DNA from: Priapulus caudatus
Lineage: Eukaryota
Direction of reading: 5' to 3'
Length of the DNA stretch: 64,000 bases
NCBI RefSeq assembly: GCF_000485595.1
Contig: NW_014577089.1
Coordinates: forward strand, 357,055-421,054
Under the pieces are notes generated by a model that made no database searches, was not told where the DNA came from, and was given only the letters and a program-made list of their open reading frames with translations. Both the position numbers and the translations under genes were made by a program. This document shows positions 11,767 to 23,800 of this stretch, piece by piece; position 1 is the first letter of the stretch, and each line of letters starts with the position of its first letter.

Positions 11767-14696
11767 TTAGGCATTCAAGGCAATTAATTTATTTCTTCTT
11801 TAGTATGTCCAAGTTAATCACACACTTAATCACCTACTAGCCACAACAATGTCAGATCAAAACCCCATTATTAATTCCAGTATTTACAATGCAGTATTTG
11901 AAGCACTATTATAGCTACTTGGAGCTTGTGAGTTTTTCTGGTGCCAACAAAAGGAATCGTGTAAACTGCGATTAACCTTTCAGTTGGCGTATCACCATTA
12001 CAGCAAAATACGTTATTCTTGCCATTTTATTCCTATAGCAAAATATTGTTTATATTTTTTCTCCTTAATAGTAGCTGAAGCCAAAACACGTTATACTATT
12101 TCAGATTATGTGTGAGGAGCCCAAAATAATACTTGGAAATGGTTCCAAAGGTATGCAAGCCAGTGTGGATTAATTGGGTTTATATAACTGGCACCTCAAA
12201 GACTTGTTTTATCTCTTATCTGTGACATGCGGACCAGAATTACAACGTACATTGCTATATGGAATAGAGAATTGATTTAACGACGATTCATAAGAAATGG
12301 GTTCTTATTTGATCCGTGAATTTTGATTCGTGATCAGCCACGTTACAGATACTAAAAATTGAAAGGCCTCTTTTTTAACATGCACAAAGAAACATACAAT
12401 CAGATGCCTGCGTTTTCGAAAGGTTCTATGGATGCTGAAGATCGTTTGTGTAATTAAAACATTAATAAATATTTGTTACAAAAGAATAAACATTTAAGTA
12501 ACACGTATCGATTACCAAACTCGAAAATGGAATTTCCGAATGCATTCTGCAACTTTTCGTTCTTTTGGTCATTCTTCAATTTTTCTCTTTTCTTATGCAT
12601 GTTCGACTCTTGTTCTCTGTGCAACTAGGTAAGCAAACTGCGTATTATGATAACAGGCTCTTTGTTGTCTAGATGCTTGGCTTTATGCTAACCTATTCTT
12701 ACAAAACACAAAGTAAGTACAAAAATGTCTCAAGATACACACTCCGTTACGTCTTACAGGATAAGATGACACCATCAACGAATTTGTTTAGAATCCATCT
12801 GGGATCACTTGTCTAGATGGGATATTAAATTATTTTTTTCTGTAAAGGAGAAGGAATTTTTAAATGTGTAGGTACTACCGGCACACTTTCCGCGCAACCT
12901 GTTCCACAATATGTGCAACAGGTTTATAAGAAACAACTCTGGCTAAACGCCTTTCGAATCATAGACATAGGCTAACATAACTACGATTTACAGGCATATA
13001 TCATCGCACACTTCCGTCATTATTAACTTTAATAATTCTATATTTCCTACATTATTTATAATTAATTTTACATAATAACTGAATGTTCTAATACAGCATA
13101 CGGCTGTATTGATAACGTGCACTGACGACGGCACTACACGCAGACCACAAATGTAGTTTAGGCATAAATATTTTGGTCTAATAGGCTGACCGTCACTGTG
13201 CTCTGTCTCTGATAATTATTAAACATGGTATATATACAAAATGTGTGCAGCGCAATTCGGCACAATAGGCGCTCAGTAATGCACCGGTACACAACAGCAT
13301 CACCGTGTGGCGCCATCTACTGCACAATCACGGCGCACTGTGTCGCATTTCTGCCACTATTGGACGTTACTCTGGAACAATGTCATACAAAACACTATTT
13401 CAAATACGTGACTACGATTTTACTTCATTAAAAAAACTCTGGGCCCTCCCTGCCAAAAATAAAAGTGGGCTTCTCCTGTGTCAGGGTACTATGTTACATC
13501 GCTTCTTCTGGTGACACTACTATACATATTTCAACGAGCACCGCAATGGTTAAACTGTCAGGCCACACCGCCCCACACATGTAGCAACAGCTTTTGGTCT
13601 CTGCAGTAATATACTCACTATTCTCATTCAACAGAATCTTCCTTCCAGATCATTGTCAAGACTCCGGAAGCGTGTACAGAACATTAATTCATATGCCAGT
13701 CTAGCCACACTGAAAGCATATTCATCATGCCAACACGACGAGTGTCATCATTAAACGGCTGCTCACTCACACCCAGTCACCCGCAGTGTCGTAGCTGCCC
13801 TGCAACCATCAAGAGGGGTCACAGCGGACTGCACAGAACGCCATCTCAGCAACTTCCCAGAGGCACACCTGCAGTGCATGCATATGCAAACACTACACGT
13901 AGCAATACATTTAGACATTAAGACGTTCTGTATTTTGGTGGTGGATGAATTACTGTGGCATTTTTTAATATCTTATATAGAGTCTTTGACTGGATTAAGG
14001 TACCAGTATATAACTAATAATGCAATGAGGACGATCTAAAATAGTTAAATTCAAAAAGATATTTAATCAAAATGTTACAGTATAAATATAAAGCAATAGA
14101 TAGCAGTTGCAGATAATTTAGTGGCTAGTGTGTTTATCAAGCTGGTAAGAAAAATAGTGTTCTAAGAAGCCATGAAAATGAGTCATGAAAAGCTTTATAG
14201 CTGAATAATTGTCGTTTTGAAGAACATATTTCGATAGCATGTCTCAATATTAAAATATTGTTTACCTCAATCCATACCTTACAATTGCACCCAAACCATA
14301 ACAGAAACCATTTTGGCCACAAATGCATGGTGACTTTAGTAAATAATGAGCTTTTACACAGTACTACAACATAATTTATGACCGACTACTATACAATATT
14401 GAACGGGTGTTCAAGTACACTTCAGTGCATGCTGTTGCCTTCTACAGTCATCCCTCGTATAACATTAGAAAACAACCCACTTGTGATTTGATGAAAATTC
14501 TATCGAATAGAAATTTGTTGACTGCAAGCAAGGCAGTTTCAAGACGTCCTTAAGTCATCGCTGGCTGTTACATTTGCATACACTTGCGGCTGTTAGAGGA
14601 ACAGAGGATGCTCCCACGGGCCGATCTGCAGGGCTTACTGCCGGAACAGTGCGCTTATATCTCCGTCTACCAGACAGTGCGCCTCTAGAGACGTCA

Positions 14697-14801
14697 TCAT
14701 TTCAGGAAGCTCTTGTAGAGAAGGACAGAACGACAAGTCTCCCTTTCCTGCTCCATCAGAAAAATGAGGTCCCTGAGGTTGACACGCTTCGTACGGGGGC
14801 G
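14697..14801 (-). CDS. TAF4: TAF4 terminal coding exon
   Basis: RPRTKRVNLRDLIFLMEQERETCRSVLLYKSFLK*; TGA at 14699-14697. Confidence 0.92.
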   Translation of the reverse strand, partial: RPRTKRVNLRDLIFLMEQERETCRSVLLYKSFLK

Positions 14802-17800
14802 CTGTGACGGCAGAAAACGCTAATATTAGAAGCTCATCTATGCACGACAATTTCTTTCACCACAAAACTCGATTCAATCGAGATGCACACTCAAATCGGT
14901 GTTAGCAGTCATCTCAATCGACAAGTCACCTGTCCATAAAGGACAATGCATTCCCCTCTACTGACCCTTACAAACAGGTTTGATTGTATTCTGACAACGA
15001 CCGTGCTCCTACATTGGTCACCTGTCAATAAATAACTATAGAGCATTACAGACTCCCATGAGGTTTCCAACTATTTACAGATTCCTCTTCTGAAAAACAA
15101 TGCACAGAGACCCCTAAGTTTCATCATCAATATGTTAACCTTCATCACTGTAAATTACATCATTGCTTTCAAATGAGCCACTGAACATTCTTATTGCAGT
15201 CTCCACAACATATAACTACCATTCATGGTTCACAAGCTAAAAGCCTGATGGACTGGTGTACCCTGAATGTTAATAGCATGAGGCAAATACTTGAAAAACT
15301 GGGCAGTGTGTGCAGTTATAGCCTGCTTGAGGGATTCAAAAACTCTGACCACTGACTGCATTGAACAGGTGGCTGCTGTGTACGTTTGAGACGTTGCATT
15401 GCATTTTTTAATGGCCACCACAAGCAGGTGGCCAGTCTATAGAGGTGGCTGCTATACACAGGTTTGACTGTAATTGCAATTCAAGCTTCACAGTGCTCAC
15501 ATTGCCACCATTCAAGTTTGTACAAACTGCTCGTACACCTAACAGTAATGCAATCTCCACCTGGAACATTTCAATTTCACGGGAATGTTAAAAACACGTC
15601 ATTTTCCAAGGTAAGCAGCATCCTATTTATAGCGGCGTCTACACTATAGACTAAAACCCGGGTTAACCCGCGTTTTAGTAAAACGCGCGTTTTCGGTAGT
15701 GCAGCGTCTACACTGTCAAAAACCCACCTTCCGTGAATGCCGGGTTTTAAGTATTTCGGTTGTATCAAGCATATCCCCGGTATGGTTGCGCCACCTGTAG
15801 CCGAGTCTGGCGTGCAGCTAAAACGCGGGTTTTCTGTCATGTCCTGTCTACACTACGACGCTCGACTAAAACGCGGGTTTTAGCAGAGTAAAACCCGGCA
15901 ATATTGCCGGGTCTGTAAAACCCGCGTTTTTACAAAACCCACCTCTAAAACCCGCGTTTTAGCAACAGTGTAGATGCGGTAAACCCGGGTTTTAGCAACA
16001 GTGTAGATGCGGTAAACCCGCGTTTTAGCAACAGTGTAGATGCGGTAAACCCGGGTTTTAGCATAGTGTAGACGCCGCTCGAGTTACCGGGGTCGGACGA
16101 GTGAACGCTTGGTAGCCGTCTGCTACCAACTCGCCGAGAAACGGCGTTACTGAGCAATGCGCAAACAGAAACGCGACGCCAGCTCATCGACTCGTGCCGA
16201 GACGTTTCTTACCTGAAACCTTTGCGGTGCACTGCCGGCCGGCGTCGTCCCGCTGGTCCCCGCACTGTCAGACACCTCCGCTTGGTCAAACTTGCGCCGC
16301 TTGCGAGGGCCGATCGCAGCGAGAGCCGTCTGATTCGCCTCCTGTTGTCGCAGCACCTCCATCTCTGCTTGTTGCATCTACGCGATCGTGCAAACGACGG
16401 TTATCGGCGCAGTTGTAGAAACGTAAAAACATCAAAGCATATAATGAAGGGTTCAACGCTTGACAGCCAACTGATGCCTACCTCTTTGGCCTTTTGTTTT
16501 AGCCGTGCTTGCTCTGGATCCTCCTGCTTTGATCGACTCTGAAGTTGCAGGAATAAATAGTAAATACAAATTAGATCATTTTACTAGAATGACAGGCCAC
16601 AAACTCAACTTCCAGCAACAACAAATGCTTTTGAGCTGCCACTCTACATTGAAAACACCAGGCTTGGAATTAAATAGTATTTCATTTAAAAAACACTATA
16701 TAAAACGTTTTTTGATTTATAGTTTTTTTACTCCATTATTGATACCAGAAAAGAGTGAATAACATCATATAAGGGTAGCCGTTCTTTCTAAATAGTGTAA
16801 AAATGATTTGTATTACAAAATATTTCATTAGACTCCTAGTGTAAATTTGAATATTCAAACGTAACTGTAGACATTGAATAATGCACTCATTTCCAATTAT
16901 TAGCAAAAAATGCTTGAGATAAAAATCACATTGTTCATAGTTTTTAGTTAAAACACCTTTTAAATAATTTTTTGTGCAACCCCTGAAAAACACCTTGGCT
17001 AATCGAAGCAGCATCTCCCGCTCTTGCTCCTCGTGCCGCTTTTTCTCCAATTTATCTAGTTCTTCTAAAAACTTTAACTGAGTTCTAACATTAGTGCTCT
17101 CCTTGTAGTGAGTGTCCATCTGTAATGAAGAAGAAATTGCTATTGGATAAACAGACAAGACACGAAGCCAAAATGACAGGAAGCACTAAACACCAATAAT
17201 GGACTGATAATTAATCAAAAAGTAATCACATTACATATACAAGATGAATAAATTTGAGCAAAATTGTAATAATTATTCTAATAGAAATACCTAATATCTA
17301 TATACTATAATTAACCTAATAGCATTACCTTCACGGTATCTATTCTGTGCTCTGCTATGAGGCCAAGCTTCTCTATGATCGTTCGAAGTCTCTCCTGTGT
17401 CGCGTGTGATACCAAGTTGGCAACATCCGCTGGTGCATCATCTAAACCATGCTTTCTCACTGCAATTGACGCGAGGATTTCTTATGTTTTTACCAACCGT
17501 TTTTATATTTTCTAAACCATTCTGATACTTACTGGTATTCCTTGCATAACTGTTAACACCAAATGTATACAACAAGGCTAACATGTCATAGAACACTCGC
17601 ACAACATTCTTTCCACCAATATGTGCACCAATCTGCATTTCAAATTAGATTGTTAAACTTACTATTTGCGAGATTTTTGCTCAGAAGAACTTAATATAGC
17701 TAAATATAGTCTCACCTGACAGCGGAAATATCACTGATTACGCTAACATTAAAAACACTAAGATTTTATGCAGTTATAGCATAGAAAAAGTGCATAACTA

Positions 17801-20800
17801 AAACAAAAGGGCATGCAATTTTGTGTGGTAAATATTATTGAATTTTTATGTCAATAATTCAGAGCACTTTCTGTCATTGTCATTCCTGTGTTACTATCTG
17901 ACTGGTAATCCACAAGCTTCTCTAATAACAGACTTAACGCGGCATTAGTACTACACTCCTGTTACGCTAGTATGAACCTGTGTTTACACTGTGACCTGAT
18001 TTCTGCGGTGCGACTATATGCATTACTGCACCATGATAGATGTCTCGCGCTACCGCAAGAAAGTCCGAGAGATGGCAACGGTAAACATAAACAGAACGCA
18101 AAATTGTAATCATGCATGATTTGGTGAATACGAAGGTTCTAAGACATTTTATCGTTACTCTAGACAATTGCTGTTACTCAAGCAATAACGGTAGGTATCA
18201 TGAAAGTGGACAAAGCACTGGAAAACTCTCGCAATAGTTACTTTAACATATGTCAACAAATCTAGAGCGGGATTGTTGCTCCCGCGAGACCGGAACCCTG
18301 TGTCTACAATAGGTTAATTGCCTTTGTATACATTTCGAGATAGCTACCAGTCTATAAATACTTGCATCACATAATTACGCAGACTTGTTTTGTGGGACTG
18401 TTTGAACATTGCATTATCCCAAATCTGAAGATAGCAGGTGCACATTTGCTATTTAATTACTGTTTTATAGTCTATAACAGCAAGAACTCCTAATAATTTT
18501 TATACTGAAGTAATCAGTAATATGTACGCTGACAGGTGAGTCTAAATTTGTCTAAAGTTATTATTTTATTTTTTATTTATTTGAAAAATAATTGTTTTCA
18601 AACCGTATGTACATTACGACTCAAGTGTGATATGTGCAACCAGGGAGCGTGTACATGTCAGTACGCTGGCGTATATCGTGGGTTATTCGTGTGTTCGCGA
18701 GTCGTATGGCGTATGTCGCTGGCGGAGGTATGCACTCTCCGTGAGTGCCCTCTGTCTAGTTGTAAATGTATCATATATATGGATGGTGCTATTTGGGTTA
18801 GCAACCAGCAGCATTGAGCCTACCTATCTCACGGATACGGGTCTGCAGTGCGCTGCCGAGCAGAAAACTCTCGTCCTTACAAGAACGCTCCACAGTGCCC
18901 ACATGCTCTGTCGTGGATGCCAGGATACGCTGGCTCTCCTCTATCAGATTGACTCCGCCCATGGCAGCCACGTCGTTGATGTCATCATCATCCCTGCATC
19001 AACAAAAACCTGGGTTACCCAAGAGTATCAATCAGGTTTTATCTGCCACTGTTGTGCGTACATGTTATAGGTGGCTTGCACCTTACACTCACATGGATGG
19101 ACACAATGACGGCGGCCTCAAGCGAGTATAATTTCTTGCAGAATTTTTTGTCCCAAATAAGAATAGTTATACAACTTCTAAATCAAACGAAACTGATCTG
19201 TCAGGGCACGATCTCACTGATGTGAAAACATGGATCATGTAGTTTTACACACAAATTAACAACACACAACAACAACAACATTGCCAATGTTATAAATGTG
19301 TAATAATACCTGCAGGCAATCTACCATCAGCACCTGTAGACTCACTTACCTGAATGCTGAATGGCCTTTCTCTCTCTGAGGAGCTGAGGCACCTGCTCTC
19401 ACATGAATACCTGGACGAGGTTTTAGAGCTCCAGCTATCGTTGGCGTTGATGCTGCTATGGACCCTGGCACAAGTTTGGTCATCACCTGCATACAACAAG
19501 CCACATTAGCAGAATCAATATTTTTTTAAAGCCTTACAAATTGCCTATCATTACATCTATTAAATGATATTGATAATGGATGGAGATAAAAAATGGTACA
19601 GAATCTTTTATCATTTTTCCCCTGTGACATTCAGTACTGCAGACTAACATTCTAACACTTCATCTATGCTAATAATGCGTATCTTCATGCTAATACTTTC
19701 TTCAGTGTCTTTACACCATGAGCTATATTCAGCCAAAGAATTGCAACATAAAGTTACACATACTGTCACAATTTGCCAAACAAATTTAGGTAAATAAGAT
19801 TATATTAAGTTATCAATGAAACAAGACATCCCAATTGTACTTCTATTGACTGCATTTTATCAGGGGTATCCTGAACATAATCCTGAAGATAATTTGCTAT
19901 TCTTTACCTATAAAATACTATATCTCACACTTACCTGTGATACATTTTTATGTTGGCTATTCAACATATGCTGCTGAGCAATGGCTTGCTGACTGGTCAC
20001 CTGCCCCGGACGTGTAACCTTGTTCTACAGTGATGGAAATGTGATAACAATTATATAAATTCTCATATCACAAACACTGTATAGAATATACACCACATAC
20101 AGAGAAGCAAATGAAAGCTAAACAAATAACAGTTACACTAGGAAATCTGAAATTCATGATAGGAAATACTAAGAGTAAGTGATCGCTGCTCACTTTAAAC
20201 TAAAAACAAAGCCTTTAATATAACACATCGTCCTATTAAGGCTTTTAATTAAACCTTTTCTAAATTTACAACGAATTAGGATAGCAAAGATTTACAAAGT
20301 ACCAAATCGATGATAAATATTAACCTCTTTGTGACAAAGATAATTTACATACATGTACAGTAGGTGCCGGTAGTGGTGTTGTTTCCACAGCAGGAATGGC
20401 AAGTGCAGATGGGGGTGGTGGATTAACACCCTCGATGCTCACTTCATTGTTATACAGCGACTGCCTCAAGTGCGGCAAGCTCCGCTGTTTGAAATCATAA
20501 TTCGTATTGCAATATCACAATAATAAATAACACGACTAATCACCAGAATCCCCTCAACACGAATAGCGAAGCAAGACATGCGAATATACATGGAAACTTA
20601 TTCTTAGTTTCTCAAATTTCATTAAAAAATGGCTCATCGGCAAAGATGTGTTGGATCTAGGAACACTAAGGGGTCATTCACAATTATCAACATTTTCACA
20701 AGCGTACAAACCGTACGCTGGGGGGGAGGGGGTCAATGCCCGCCGTACGCTTTCAGCATTTCCTAAAAATGTCGATCCATTTCCCGCACCGTGCGCCCCA

Positions 20801-23800
20801 GCCGGCATCGCAGGCATCCTCACACCGCGACGCGCCGAGCCCTGGCCGGCCTGTGCCCCGCACGGGCCCGTTGACCGAACGAACCGAGCTAGCTAGCTAG
20901 CAGCCGAGTGCAGTGTAAACAACCGGCACGATGATAACGATTTATATCCGTGCTCGTTATGACAGGGTTTGCATGTAATTCATATACATGTATTTCTATG
21001 TAGAATAGTGTAAAAAAAAATCAACATATTTCTTCGTACACTTTTAGGGGGGAGGAGGGGGTCTCGAAAAAGTGTCCGCTTTGTACACTTGTAAAAATGT
21101 TGATAATTGTGAACGACCCCTAAATCAAGCATACAATGCACACATTTTCTGAAATGCTTAGCTGATAATTAATGGTACAATAAAACACAACCAGGCAGAA
21201 ATTTACTTAGAGTGCGCCTATACTTATACTATATATTTACTCTAACTGAATGGAAAAATGGAAAAAATAACTGTAAACTATCTAGAATGACTAACATCTC
21301 TGTGAACTTACTTTTAAGAATGGAACAAGGAAAGGCTGTGGTGAAGATTTAAGCTCAGCTTCTAATTTGGTTGTGAAATCTTCTGGCTGCACTAAACCAT
21401 CCTAGTGAAAGATATGACAATGCATTATTAAAATTACTGTCAGGCAACATATTTCCATAACCAAGTAATACATGCAAACATTAACAATACACAGAAACAT
21501 TCACAGAAATGGTAGTTTCCTGACTTTGAACAGAAACAAATATAAATATTATTTTAATTAATATTGTAATGTTAAAATGTAGCTCGCATAATTTTTCTTG
21601 TCTTTGTACTTACTATTACTCCCTGTATAAGCTTTCGTACATTAGCAGCAACATCAGGAGGTTGACTAGATGCAAGCTTGATCAGTGTGGAAAAGAAATT
21701 TTTGCATTTCTTCTTTGCTACCTCTGGTGACATCTTTGCTGAAACAGTGGCTGAAGGCCCGTGGCTGGAGGAAGCAGTGCCAGATACCAAAGGAGATGAA
21801 GATGCCATGGAAACAGTGTGCATCCCTGCTGCCGGAACTGACATTCTTACAGGTGACGTCGTTACTTGTGTCTGAACTGGATGCTGAAGAAATCAAGCAT
21901 AAGCAATTAACATCTTGTAAAAATGTCAGAAATTATTTTACAGGGGTAGAAATTAACTTTTGAACAAGGGAGTCCAGCTGACTCCCTGCCGACTCCCTGC
22001 CCTCAAAAAGAGGGAGTCTGCGGCAAAATGAGGGAGTCCGCAGTCTGAAGTTCAAAACTAAAGATATTAACAATAACGCATACATGTGCTTATTTTGAAG
22101 ATTCATGCGGTTGCATGTCTGCCAAATTTTCTTTGGACATTTGCTGAAAAAATACGGAAATTTTGCGTGAGTATAATATGGAGGCCATGCTCTGGAACAA
22201 ACTAGTTAGTATAGCAGAATTTTCAGGGAGTCACACAGACTCCTGCATATATGTCAAATCAGGGAGTCCGACAGTAAATCAGGGAGTACTTATTTGACTC
22301 TGGACTCGTGTTCATTTTGCACCCTAATTTTACATAATTGATAATAGATTACTGACAACATTAACTATCCTGTTGTCTATTGATATTGTCTGTTCCCAAT
22401 AGCTAACAAAAATACTAGTACTATTACACCATTTAGATGTATTTCAAAACAATTGGATATATCTCCATCGCAAACACATTAGTAAAAACTATATCAACCT
22501 CCCAGTGTTTCGCCTGGCCAAAAAGGACTGTGAGGTGGGAAATTTTTTTTTTGGTGTGTTTGCGCGTTTCGAGCCCCCCCCCCCAATTTTTTTGTTGTTG
22601 AAAAAATGGTGCAATTTGGGTCATTCCAAGTTATCTGAACACATTGTATGAGACTATTCTATTGCATTTCAGTTCAATAAAGTGTAGTTTATTGATTGAA
22701 GAACAGTGATTTTCATCAGCGAGGCAATGTTTTGGACAAATTTTTGTGTGGCGAATGAGAATTTGAGCGAGGCAGCCCGCCTCGCTCGTGTCAATGCAGG
22801 GGAAACACTGACTCCCCATATAATCTTTATAATATCCTGTCATATTAGAACTAATATGAAATTGTATAAATGTTCAAACCAATTTCAAAATTGTTAGCAT
22901 GTAGATTACATTACGTAATCTTAGTAGTCGATATTATATCTGTACCAATAGTATTTAAATTTACCATTCCAACAAAATACAAAGCAATGAATATTTAGAA
23001 TCTTAAAGCGAGAATAATATAATACTTTAGGTGTACTGCAAATTTTCGTTTTAAAGTAGGTTTAAATTAGTAAAAGAATTTATGGTTGAAAATTCATTAA
23101 AAATATCCATAAAAAACATTTTTAAACTGTTGAAGAGTGTTTGCTTAGAACGTCTGTAGTGACACTACATGTGCATCTATTCACGAAGTAGTGCTGTGTA
23201 AATTTTTAGATACAAGTTAAAGACCGACCCTTGTTATTTATCAATTCAATAGAAAAGAATTGTGATATATTATGTTTTACTATTAGTTTTAATGAGATTA
23301 TGCATGTATTTGCTTTAAACGAATGTCGCTTAGTTAAATAAGAGTTAGGTATGAATATTAGTGTTGGAAATCAGTCCAACAAAACCGGTTTTACAAAACG
23401 ACCGATGATCGATTAATCATCGATCATTTTAGATTGCGGCGACGACGCGTCATCGTCGACACAACCGGTGTATTGTAAAGGAATGTTGACATTATTGTTT
23501 GTGTAGCTAGTATTTAATGGTAAGTAAATTAAGGATACTGTTAGGGTTACGGATGGGTAAGACTCTAAAGGGCATTGCAACATAACTGCTCATCAAATTC
23601 AAACAAACTCATATCCATTACATGAGAGAGATGTCTCTCTATGCTATCAATGAATTTTTATTATTAAAAATTCATCGCTAATTAAGTGACGGCAAAAATT
23701 GTGAATTTACACAAAAATGCTTTTTTTGTTATTTCTCAGAAACAGCAGAGTTGGGACCTAAACTTTTAACCATAAGTTGTTCATAATATAAACAAAAAAG

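Noticed and set aside
12200..13000. Possible decayed transposase or exon remnant between DNAH10 and TAF4
   Set aside because: No sustained reading frame or recognisable motif found by eye.
14920..15472. Possible Tc1/mariner MITE ending CAGGTTTGACTG|TA
   Set aside because: Right end is recognisable but no matching left TIR was found; too degenerate to delimit.
15945..16187. 80-aa ORF with KPGFTASTLLL repeats
   Set aside because: Translation of a 33-bp tandem repeat within a MITE.
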